In this document: positions 55,496 through 64,000 of the stretch, piece by piece
How positions within the stretch are numbered: position 1 is the first letter of the stretch
How the letters are laid out: every line of letters starts with the position of its first letter
Assembly: GCA_944358705.1 (NCBI GenBank)
Contig: CALVRR010000004.1
Location: forward strand, 9,227-73,226
Reading direction: 5' to 3'
Length of the DNA: 64,000 nucleotides
Source of the DNA: an uncultured Bacilli bacterium
GTDB lineage: Bacteria; Bacillota_I; Bacilli_A; RF39; UBA660
Translations under genes and position numbers: made by a program
Notes under the pieces: generated by a model
Seen by the model: the letters and a program-made list of their open reading frames with translations, nothing else
Databases searched by the model: none
Told to the model about the DNA's origin: nothing

Positions 55496-56551
55496 TTATC
55501 CATAATACTGTTTAATAGCACTAGCAATATCTTTGGCAATCTTTTCTTTCTTACTACTATAATTATCCATAGCACTTTTATTATCATAAAATTCTGTTTC
55601 CAAATAAGTAATAGGAATTCCCAAATTCATAAAATAACCTATATCAAAAGCACTATACACATAATCTGAATAATGTCTTTTACCAGTATTAGAAATAACT
55701 GCATTAACAATCGCTTGATCAACAGGAGTACTATAACTAGAACTCTTTTTAACCAACTGAGTACCAGCGGCACTACCATTACTTGAAGCATTAAAATGTA
55801 CCTCTAAAACATATTTATAACGACTCCAATCAAACCGATTACACAAACTAGTATTATTCCTACACTCTTTATAAAAAGATGTATTCATCTGATTAGAATC
55901 ACCAGCCATCAAAGCATTTGCAATGTCTGCTTCTACTCCTAAAGCACTAAGTTCGGATTTAATAAGTTTCACCAAAATACGAGTCTGATCAGTTTCATCA
56001 TATCCAGAAGAAAGCATTCCTCGACAATCATTGGGAGAACCATTACAATAAGGAGGATAAGCATGACCAGCAATCAATAAAATAGTTCCATTTCCTGTAC
56101 TAGGACTAGTAGAAGTATCATCCCTAGTAATCTCCGTATCGTATTCACTAGGATCAGTAATAATAGAGGATGGCTCTCTTCCACTAATATCAATATATGT
56201 GTTTTCCGTTGCCATACTAATTTGATCTATCTCATTAGACGCTTCCCAACAAGCACCAATACTAAAACCAGAAAAAACCCAGTTAATTACAACATTAACA
56301 ATCGTAGGTAATAAAAAGACCACAACCGCCGCAATAAACTTATTAAGTAAAGCCTTTATCTTTTTCTTATCATCAGGACTAACCATTAACTGTGTAAACT
56401 GAATCGCTAACGCAACCATTAATAAGATAGGCACAATAATGTGAATGATATTTAAGAATCGTTGAATAATACCTAGAAATCTCGCAAGCGCAAAATCACT
56501 ACAACAAGTATTAATATCACCAGCACAATTTAAAACCTGCAAAAAAGGCAT
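55496..56551 (-). CDS. VirB2-like pilin domain fused to N-acetylmuramoyl-L-alanine amidase (Amidase_3)
   Basis: Same N-terminal hairpin; IAGH, YDE, EVHFNA, YLETEF zinc/catalytic residues. Confidence 0.8.
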   Translation of the reverse strand: MPFLQVLNCAGDINTCCSDFALARFLGIIQRFLNIIHIIVPILLMVALAIQFTQLMVSPDDKKKIKALLNKFIAAVVVFLLPTIVNVVINWVFSGFSIGACWEASNEIDQISMATENTYIDISGREPSSIITDPSEYDTEITRDDTSTSPSTGNGTILLIAGHAYPPYCNGSPNDCRGMLSSGYDETDQTRILVKLIKSELSALGVEADIANALMAGDSNQMNTSFYKECRNNTSLCNRFDWSRYKYVLEVHFNASSNGSAAGTQLVKKSSSYSTPVDQAIVNAVISNTGKRHYSDYVYSAFDIGYFMNLGIPITYLETEFYDNKSAMDNYSSKKEKIAKDIASAIKQYYG

Positions 56552-56564
56552 AAAATCACCTCAA

Positions 56565-57317
56565 TTATTCCTTAACTACAAAATGAAAAGACTCTTCTGT
56601 AAAGTAATTTTCCTCATTATATGGAGAATAAATATTAAAACTCTTATAAAGTTCCAATCGACCATCATGAATATAATAAGAATTATCCTCCATAAAATCA
56701 ACAATTCCTTTAGAATCAACAAAACATTGAAAATCACACTCGTCTTCTGTAAAATACCCCTCGTCTACTAAATCATTATAATAATTAAGAAATTTATAAG
56801 TAATAAAATAACGTAAATCATCTTCCTTAATATCAAACATTTCAAATAAATCCTGATCAGAAAGAACTTCTAGAGTTTCTAAATCTAAATTATAAGTTTG
56901 ATAATGAATATCATAGTTCGAAGCATCTACATATCGTTGTTTTGAACGAATCAAAAGAGATAAAACATGACCAGAAACATCAAAATCATATTCAAACTCA
57001 TCTGTAAACTTCGTTAAATATTCTTGATAGATTTCCATAATCTCCGCATTTATTTCTGAAACATTAGGATGATTAATATTAATAACAGGAACACGATCTT
57101 CTTCTTTTACTATAGTATTAGAAGAAGAATATACAATATCAAAATCCTGATCTTCTAATAGATTTTGATAATCAATAGTATCTGTATCAAAATAATGAAC
57201 AAGTCCTAAAATAACAAAAACAAAAAGTACAAGAACAAAAAATACAATCAATATTTTTTTATAAGAATTATAACTTTTATGTTTTTTTTCTTCAAAAGTA
57301 TGAAACATAAAAAACAC
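56565..57317 (-). CDS. Membrane-anchored protein, paralog of 53816-54592
   Basis: TM; VPVINI..IN..I, VLSLL, TYNLDL, ECDFQCF, EENYFT.ES. Confidence 0.55.
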   Translation of the reverse strand: MFFMFHTFEEKKHKSYNSYKKILIVFFVLVLFVFVILGLVHYFDTDTIDYQNLLEDQDFDIVYSSSNTIVKEEDRVPVININHPNVSEINAEIMEIYQEYLTKFTDEFEYDFDVSGHVLSLLIRSKQRYVDASNYDIHYQTYNLDLETLEVLSDQDLFEMFDIKEDDLRYFITYKFLNYYNDLVDEGYFTEDECDFQCFVDSKGIVDFMEDNSYYIHDGRLELYKSFNIYSPYNEENYFTEESFHFVVKE

Positions 57318-57324
57318 CTCTAAC

Positions 57325-57924
57325 TTATTTTTTTATACTAACAGAAATTCCATCTCCAACATCAAAAAACTCAGTATCATACTTCTTATTCTCTTCAAGA
57401 AAAGAAATATAGTTTTTAATTTTTCGAACCAATCCACGTAAATTCCTACTTTTAATCTCTTCTTCTTTTTTCGCAACTAATCCATGAAATTTTAAATTAT
57501 CAGTAACAATAGCCCCACCATCATTTAAATTATGTTCAAACTGCTCAAAAAACTTAATACTTTGAGCCTTAGCTGCATCAATAAAAATTAAATCAAATTT
57601 TTCTTCTAATCGAACATTAAGGGCATCATTATAAATTAAAGTAATACGATCTTCCAATTCAAATTCCTTAACATTTTTTAATGCTTCCAAATATCTTTTC
57701 TCATCACGTTCTATCGTAGTAACTCTAATATTCGGATCTACCATCGCCATCATAATAGCAGAATACCCAATAGCAGTACCAATCTCTAAAACAGAAGATA
57801 CATGTTTCTTTAAAATAAACGTAGTTAAAAAATCAATACCATCATCAACCATAATAGGAATATTTTCTTTTTTCGCATACTCCTTAATTTTTCGAATCAT
57901 AGAATAATTTCCTACCATATCCAA
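57325..57924 (-). CDS. trmR: O-methyltransferase (YrrM/TrmR-like tRNA 5-hydroxyuridine methyltransferase)
   Basis: LEIGTAIGYS, FDLIFIDAAKAQ, DNL.FHG, VGDG; follows mltG. Confidence 0.85.
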   Translation of the reverse strand: MDMVGNYSMIRKIKEYAKKENIPIMVDDGIDFLTTFILKKHVSSVLEIGTAIGYSAIMMAMVDPNIRVTTIERDEKRYLEALKNVKEFELEDRITLIYNDALNVRLEEKFDLIFIDAAKAQSIKFFEQFEHNLNDGGAIVTDNLKFHGLVAKKEEEIKSRNLRGLVRKIKNYISFLEENKKYDTEFFDVGDGISVSIKK

Positions 57925-58982
57925 TCACCTTTATCTTTAATTTCCTGTACTTTTGTTTCATGTTCGGCTAACGTACTAGTATAAAAAATATTACCATGCT
58001 TATCAGCAACAAAATACAAATATGAATTCTCTGTAGGCTCAATGCTAGCTTTTAAACTAGATAAACTAGGATTACAGATGGGCCCAATTGGCATCTTTCC
58101 ACCCATATTAGCAGCCCTTGTATTATATGGATTCAACGTTGCAAATTGCTCTGTCGTTAAATCACTAGTCATTGGATATTGTAATGCATAATAAGTAGTT
58201 ACATCACTTCCAAGATTCATATTAGAATGAAGTCTATTTTCAAAAACACCAGCAATCATCTTTCGATTTTTGGTATTTGTCCCTTCCAACTCTAACATCG
58301 ATGCCATAGTAATATAATAATGAACGTTATTAGCAATCTTATCTTTATAAGGAGTAAGTTCACTATCCATTTCACTTAACATGGTTTCTACAATTTCAGT
58401 AATGCTAACATCCTTATTTTCAAATTGATAAGTATCTGGAGCTAAATACCCCTCCAATGGATAATAAATTCCTTCTTGTAAAATAGAGTCTGTTAAAAAC
58501 CAGTATTTTTTCATCAAACCAGTTAAAAATTCACGATCATTAAGTGTATTTAACACTTCCGCTTGCGAATGATTCGTTGCATTAGCAATCTCTGTTGCAA
58601 AATCAGTAATCCGCTCCCCTTCTTTAAAGGTAATAGAAATAGTATTAGGATTATAACTATTACCAGAAACCAATTCCTCAATAATCTGCTCCATAGACAT
58701 ATCTCTACTAAATTGATAAGTAGAAGCTTGCAAATAAATATTAGCTTTTGTCTTCACTGTAACAGTAAACAAAAACTCACTACGAATCAAATCATTATTT
58801 TTTAATATCTGTGCAACGCCACGAACACCAGTACCACTTGGAATAACAACATCTATTTTTTCATGATCACTTCGATCTACAGGACTTGTTAAAAATAAAT
58901 AAATTGCCGATAATAAAATCAAAAAAGAACCAGTAACAACCAAAAAAATAAGTAATGGTTTGGGTCTTCTTCTCACTGCCAT
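57912..58982 (-). CDS. mltG: Endolytic transglycosylase MltG
   Basis: LEGYLAPDTY, ASMLELE, IAGVFENRL, L.SD.T, PYNT, P.GPICNP, YLYFV. Confidence 0.93.
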   Translation of the reverse strand: MAVRRRPKPLLIFLVVTGSFLILLSAIYLFLTSPVDRSDHEKIDVVIPSGTGVRGVAQILKNNDLIRSEFLFTVTVKTKANIYLQASTYQFSRDMSMEQIIEELVSGNSYNPNTISITFKEGERITDFATEIANATNHSQAEVLNTLNDREFLTGLMKKYWFLTDSILQEGIYYPLEGYLAPDTYQFENKDVSITEIVETMLSEMDSELTPYKDKIANNVHYYITMASMLELEGTNTKNRKMIAGVFENRLHSNMNLGSDVTTYYALQYPMTSDLTTEQFATLNPYNTRAANMGGKMPIGPICNPSLSSLKASIEPTENSYLYFVADKHGNIFYTSTLAEHETKVQEIKDKGDWIW

Positions 58983-59008
58983 AAATACCCCTCCAGAAAA
59001 ATAAAGAG

Positions 59009-59305
59009 CTATTGCTCATTATCTTGATTATTGTCTTGTGCTTTTCTAACCTCTTCTTGTAAAGTTTCAAGAATCGTTTCAATAACTTTCCATTCTTTTT
59101 CTGTTTCAATCGCCTCTAATTTACTATGAGGATCATTAGGATCATAAATAGAAGCGTATACTTCTATATTTCCTGCTTCATCTTTCGTATTATCTGTATA
59201 TACTATATAGTTTTTATGAGTTTCTTCACTTTCAAAAGTAAATAACACATCATAAACTATTTCATTTCCATTCTCATCAATCATAGAAAAACTATTTTTC
59301 TTCAT
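59009..59305 (-). CDS. DUF1292 (YrzB-like) protein
   Basis: IDENGNE..VLFTFES..IETEKEW; conserved position after ruvX. Confidence 0.85.
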   Translation of the reverse strand: MKKNSFSMIDENGNEIVYDVLFTFESEETHKNYIVYTDNTKDEAGNIEVYASIYDPNDPHSKLEAIETEKEWKVIETILETLQEEVRKAQDNNQDNEQ

Positions 59306-59306
59306 A

Positions 59307-59723
59307 TTATTTTCTCTCCTTATCTAAATATGTTTGTAATATTATAGCGGCAGCCACTCCATCCACTACTTTTTTACGTCCCTTCCTAGAAACATCCGCA
59401 GAAATCAACATATCAGTAGCACTTTTCGTAGAAAGTCTTTCATCTTGTAAATAAATAGGAATCGATAATACCTTTTCTAATTCACTCTTAAATTTTAAAC
59501 TAAGTTCTCCCTTAGGACCAATAGAATTATTCATATTCTTAGGAAATCCCAAGACAATAGCATCAATCTTTAATTCCTCGACCAAAGAACAAACTTCACG
59601 AACCAATCTAGCGTATTCTTCTTGATGACGAATCACTTGATAACTAGACGCAATTAGACCAGTAGAATCACTAGTTGCAATTCCTAAAGTTCGACTTCCT
59701 AAATCCAAACCCAAATATTTCAT
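59307..59723 (-). CDS. ruvX: Holliday junction resolvase-like / pre-16S rRNA nuclease RuvX (YqgF)
   Basis: LGLDLGSRTLGIA.SD, VLGFPKNMN, DERLST, VD..AA..ILQ.YLD. Confidence 0.93.
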   Translation of the reverse strand: MKYLGLDLGSRTLGIATSDSTGLIASSYQVIRHQEEYARLVREVCSLVEELKIDAIVLGFPKNMNNSIGPKGELSLKFKSELEKVLSIPIYLQDERLSTKSATDMLISADVSRKGRKKVVDGVAAAIILQTYLDKERK

Positions 59724-59974
59724 TTTTTATGTTTATAAAACTCCTGCAATAAGACTTCTATAATTTTTGCGCGATCAATTTGTTGAATATTACTACGTGC
59801 GTCTTTATAACTAGAAATATATCCAGGATCTCCACTAATCAAATATCCGACAATCTGATTACTAGGATTGTATCCTCTTTCTTCTAACGCATCCCAAACT
59901 TCACTAAGAATAGTACGAACTAACTCATTATCAATATCTTTAATACTAAATAAACTAGTCTTATCTTGTGACAT
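59720..59974 (-). CDS. IreB/ReoM family regulatory phosphoprotein
   Basis: DKT..F, ALEERGYNP.NQIVGYLISGDP.YI. Confidence 0.92.
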   Translation of the reverse strand: MSQDKTSLFSIKDIDNELVRTILSEVWDALEERGYNPSNQIVGYLISGDPGYISSYKDARSNIQQIDRAKIIEVLLQEFYKHKK

Positions 59975-60033
59975 AAAATCACCTCACTATAATATTTAAT
60001 TCTATTTTATCATTCTTTAAAATCAATTACAAG

Positions 60034-60062
60034 AAAAAGAATATTACCAAAGTAATATTCTT
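60034..60062 (-). terminator. Terminator after rhomboid gene
   Basis: aagaatattac/gtaatattctt 11-bp stem. Confidence 0.7.
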
Positions 60063-61212
60063 AACCAAGATAAACAAAAGCCATGTAAACAGAGAACACT
60101 AAGAAGATAATAGTAATAATCCAACCATTAATTCTCTCAAACCAACTACTCTTATCTTTTACACCTAAAGCAATGGACATTAAAGTACCTCCAATAAGTC
60201 CTCCGATATGAGCAAAGTTATCAATACCTGTCATTGTAAATCCAAAAATTAAGTTTAAAAGAATAAGTGGTATAATCTGACTTTTCACTACATTTCCTAA
60301 ATAAACACGATAGTGATATCCAAAATAAACAAGAGCTCCCATAAGTCCAAAGATAGCACCACTAGCACCAATCGATGCAGAGTTTCCACCAAACATCATA
60401 GAAAATAATGCACCACTAATACCAGCTACTAAATAAATAACTAAAAATTTAAATTTGCCTAGAAAATTCTCGACCTGTGCCCCAATAACATACAACGCAT
60501 AACAGTTAAATAATAAATGTAGAAAACCACCATGTAAAAAGATACCTGTAAATAAACGATAAGTTTGTCCTTCACGAATCGCTGGTCCCCAAATAGAATA
60601 ATTAGCAATTAAATCATCATATAACCCAAATAAGATAGGAACAACATATAAAATAACATTAACAGCAATTAACCAATAAGTAATCATTGGAAATTTATTC
60701 TTAAAAACAGCATTTATCTTTTTTGCATCTTTTTTATTATGCTCATTAATATCACTAGTGATTTTGGCAAACAAAGCAATTCCTTTTTCATTAAACTTTA
60801 ATTTCTTTGATAAATCTGGAAATACTTTCTTTATCACATCACTCTTCTTAAAATCTGCTTCCGTATCAATCTTAACACACTCAACATTAGGAATAGCATG
60901 AATATCTTGACTAACATTCTCTCCCAAATCTAAGAAAATACTTAAAGTATTCATACGAAAAGATAAAGTCTTTTTCTTAATCTTTTTAACAATTCTTTTC
61001 GTCTTAAACATATCAAAATTAAACTGTTCATCATTATGTATATAAGAGGAAACAATTCGAACGACTTTATAATCTTCATCCAAATTCTCTAACCAAATTT
61101 CATTTTCAACCCCTTGTAAGATAATAGGATTATAGTTTTTATCAATAATAAAATAATGAAGCAATTTCATCACAAGAATATTCTTGTCATCCATTAAAAT
61201 TTCATTTTCCAT
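60061..61212 (-). CDS. Rhomboid intramembrane serine protease (GluP/YqgP-like)
   Basis: YRLFTGIFLH..HLLFN, GASGAIFG, AHIGG. Confidence 0.92.
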   Translation of the reverse strand: MENEILMDDKNILVMKLLHYFIIDKNYNPIILQGVENEIWLENLDEDYKVVRIVSSYIHNDEQFNFDMFKTKRIVKKIKKKTLSFRMNTLSIFLDLGENVSQDIHAIPNVECVKIDTEADFKKSDVIKKVFPDLSKKLKFNEKGIALFAKITSDINEHNKKDAKKINAVFKNKFPMITYWLIAVNVILYVVPILFGLYDDLIANYSIWGPAIREGQTYRLFTGIFLHGGFLHLLFNCYALYVIGAQVENFLGKFKFLVIYLVAGISGALFSMMFGGNSASIGASGAIFGLMGALVYFGYHYRVYLGNVVKSQIIPLILLNLIFGFTMTGIDNFAHIGGLIGGTLMSIALGVKDKSSWFERINGWIITIIFLVFSVYMAFVYLG

Positions 61213-61277
61213 CTAATCCCTCCAAAAATACTAATAATATTATATACTAAAACATAAAATAAAGAAAGAGGTGTTTT

Positions 61278-61736
61278 ATGAAAGCTTTTTTTAAATTCAT
61301 AATTATTCTATTTCCATGGTTCCTATCTTCTTCTATACCAATAGATAAAACATATTATAATTCTCTAACTTTACCATTCTTTACACCACCACCAATAGCC
61401 TATGGTATAATATGGTCCATTATTTATATTGGTATCAGTATTAGTATTTATCAAATATTAAATGCCAAAAAAAGAAAAGATATACCTAACTCCTATAAGT
61501 ATACCTTATTCATAAATTATCTTGCTAATCAATCTTTTCAGCCAATATTTTTCTTATTAAAAAATACATTCTTAAGTTTTATCTCCTGCATCGCAACTTT
61601 TCTTACTTCTTTATTTTTATATAAAGAAACCAAAGACCAAAAAGAAAGTAGTGCTAAATTTTTAATAATATATATTCTATTTAGTTTATTCGCAAGTATT
61701 CTTTCTTTAGCAATTTATTTATTAAATCTTAATTAA
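61278..61736 (+). CDS. TspO/MBR tryptophan-rich sensory protein
   Basis: [24 protein letters not shown] terminus. Confidence 0.8.
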   Translation: MKAFFKFIIILFPWFLSSSIPIDKTYYNSLTLPFFTPPPIAYGIIWSIIYIGISISIYQILNAKKRKDIPNSYKYTLFINYLANQSFQPIFFLLKNTFLSFISCIATFLTSLFLYKETKDQKESSAKFLIIYILFSLFASILSLAIYLLNLN

Positions 61737-64000
61737 CATGTTGACTATAAGGTCGAACAACCTCTAAATATTTTTGTAACTCTTTTTCTAATTCAGAAAA
61801 ATGTTCTACACAATAATCATAATTATTCTCTTTACTTTTTAATTCATGTTGATAACAAATATCTGCATAAGATAGAAAACCTAAATATTTCGCATCACTT
61901 TTCATAGAATGAACCAAGATAGCATAATTAGGCATATCATGAACATCTAAATATCCTTTTAACTGTTTTAACTTATCATCAATTTCTTCCAAATAATCAT
62001 GAAGAGTCATATGATACATATCCATATCTCCTAAAAGATCCAAAGCATAATCAATATCAACTCCATGACTTCTTAAATAATCCTGATTATAAATCGTCTT
62101 AGAAGACGGAGAGAAAACAGTATTAACATCGTCATCAACCGTTAAAAGCTCTGTTGTTTCAAACAACTTCTCTGTAGTATCCTCATTCAAATGTAAAATA
62201 GAAGCAAATATACGGATCATCTCATCTTTTTCAATAGGTTTAGCCAAGTAATCATCAAAACCATCACCAATGTACTTTTCTCTCATACCAGTAATAGCAT
62301 TCGCAGTTAATGCAACAACAGGAGTAGAAAAATTAGGTATTTCTTTTAATTTATGTAACGTTTCAACACCACTCATCTTTGGCATCATATCATCTAGTAA
62401 AATAATATCATATTGCTTCCCAGCTTTTACATTATCAACACAACGAAAACCACTATCAACACATTCAATATCAGCATGATATCTTTCAAATAACTTAGAA
62501 GCCACCTTTAAGTTCAAGGTATTGTCATCTACAACCAATATTTTAACCCCAGACAAGTCTAAATGTGTCAAATTTGGCCCCGTATTTTTTTGTAGTGCAC
62601 TTTCTTTTTCAATTGGTTGATCCAAAATAATAGTAAATTTAGAACCTTCTCCATAAACCGTATGAACAATAACTTTACCACCCATTAACTCCACCAATTG
62701 TTTTGTAATTGCAAGACCAAGACCAGTTCCTTCAACAGTAGTATTACGATCTTCTTCTAATCTTTGAAACTTCGTAAATAATTTATCGATATTTTCCTTC
62801 TTAATTCCACGTCCGGAATCTTCAACAGAAATTATTAAACGACAACGATTTTCATTATTAACACAATTAACTTCATACCGGACAAATCCCTTATCCGTAT
62901 ATTTAGAAGCATTACTTAAAATATTAGTAACAACCTTTTTGACATTCGTATGATCACCATACAAAGCTCTAGGCAAATCTGGCGCGATATAAACTTGAAA
63001 ATCAAGACCTTTTTCATCCATTCTAGGCTTAATAAGTTTCGCAAGACTAGAAAATAATTCTTTCGCATCATAAGGAGAATTAACAATCTCCAATTTTCCA
63101 GCTTCTATCTTAGAAATATCTAAAATACCATTTACGATTTCAAGTAAAGTATTAGAAGCATTTACAATATCTTTCGCATTATCTTTTGCTTCATCCAAAG
63201 TTTTTGCATGTCGAACACAATCACTAAATCCAACAATCGCATTAAGTGGAGTACGTATTTCATGAGACATACTAGACAAGAAATCCGTTTTTGCTTGATT
63301 TGCTTTTTCCGCTTGCTCTTTCGCAAGCTCTAATTGTTGAATCATTTTTATATCTGGATTTTCAATTGTGAAATACATTAAAAACGTAATGAAAGTTTGA
63401 GTTGGTATCATTAAAGTCAATTCTGGATGAGAAGATTGAACAAAAAGCATCACAATTCCTAGTAAAATAAAGCAAAAAATTGGAATATATTTCTTTTCCT
63501 TAATTTTTTTACGATTTTTATATAATAAAACAACCCATATTACAATAAATACACCACTTACTAAATATACCAAACTAGCCGCCGGTCCATAAGTATAAGC
63601 AGCTCCTCCTTTTCGATAAGAATACAATGGAAGGAAAAAGATAAGAATGCCACTAGCGAAAAAAACTATTCTTAAAAATAAGCGGTAAAAGGGAAGTTTA
63701 GTTGAACGAGACTCTAATTTACTCTTATCAACACAAATTATAATTATATATTTTGTAAACAAAGCTAACCAACCTATAAAATAAATCAAAATTAACTTTA
63801 ATATAAAAATTGCAAGTGTTGGATTAGTTTTTATTAAAATTGCCGAAGCATATGTAGCCGGAAAAACTTCCACCAACAATCCAATAAAATTAACAATTAT
63901 CATCCATTTATACACATTGTTTTCAAGACTATCAAATCTTTTTTTACTAAAAAATACAATCACCAATAATAAACTATAAACTAAACTTAAAATTGAAAAA
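61729..64000 (-). CDS. Hybrid sensor histidine kinase (TM sensor-HisKA-HATPase-REC-Hpt), 5' end outside window
   Basis: [49 protein letters not shown]; the frame stays open to the window edge. Confidence 0.93.
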   Translation of the reverse strand, partial: FSILSLVYSLLLVIVFFSKKRFDSLENNVYKWMIIVNFIGLLVEVFPATYASAILIKTNPTLAIFILKLILIYFIGWLALFTKYIIIICVDKSKLESRSTKLPFYRLFLRIVFFASGILIFFLPLYSYRKGGAAYTYGPAASLVYLVSGVFIVIWVVLLYKNRKKIKEKKYIPIFCFILLGIVMLFVQSSHPELTLMIPTQTFITFLMYFTIENPDIKMIQQLELAKEQAEKANQAKTDFLSSMSHEIRTPLNAIVGFSDCVRHAKTLDEAKDNAKDIVNASNTLLEIVNGILDISKIEAGKLEIVNSPYDAKELFSSLAKLIKPRMDEKGLDFQVYIAPDLPRALYGDHTNVKKVVTNILSNASKYTDKGFVRYEVNCVNNENRCRLIISVEDSGRGIKKENIDKLFTKFQRLEEDRNTTVEGTGLGLAITKQLVELMGGKVIVHTVYGEGSKFTIILDQPIEKESALQKNTGPNLTHLDLSGVKILVVDDNTLNLKVASKLFERYHADIECVDSGFRCVDNVKAGKQYDIILLDDMMPKMSGVETLHKLKEIPNFSTPVVALTANAITGMREKYIGDGFDDYLAKPIEKDEMIRIFASILHLNEDTTEKLFETTELLTVDDDVNTVFSPSSKTIYNQDYLRSHGVDIDYALDLLGDMDMYHMTLHDYLEEIDDKLKQLKGYLDVHDMPNYAILVHSMKSDAKYLGFLSYADICYQHELKSKENNYDYCVEHFSELEKELQKYLEVVRPYSQHVN

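Noticed and set aside
54601-56551. Prophage holin-endolysin cassette
   Set aside because: No phage structural or replication genes nearby; the hydrophobic N-domains match the T4SS-locus pilins instead

Overview
Low-GC chromosomal segment of a Gram-positive (Bacilli-type) bacterium, standard genetic code, with most genes on the minus strand. The gene style suggests a reduced-genome uncultured lineage such as RF39 (inference, not verifiable here). A Bacillus-like housekeeping backbone is recognisable: tig..lon..spoVID-ysxE, trpS/yjbA, and ireB-ruvX-DUF1292-mltG-trmR-[insert]-trhP1-trhP2..greA. The main feature is a ~27 kb co-oriented locus (18142-44955) directly downstream of greA. It joins a Gram-positive type IV secretion module (VirD4, VirB4, PrgI/VirB3, VirB6-like, VirB2-like pilins, dual peptidoglycan hydrolase) to a Tad/Flp pilus module (CpaB, TadA, TadB, TadC, Flp, TadE-like, TadZ-like). 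It also encodes a class B sortase, a ~29-Cys giant surface protein and pilin-headed adhesins. No relaxase, integrase or transposase is visible. A second cassette (53816-57317) encodes two VirB2-like pilin domains fused to different cell-wall hydrolases (NlpC/P60, Zn-amidase), bracketed by two paralogous membrane-anchored proteins. Together these suggest a domesticated, non-conjugative attachment and cell-wall-attack machine. No rRNA, tRNA or CRISPR array was seen. All family calls come from motif recognition by eye, without database searches.
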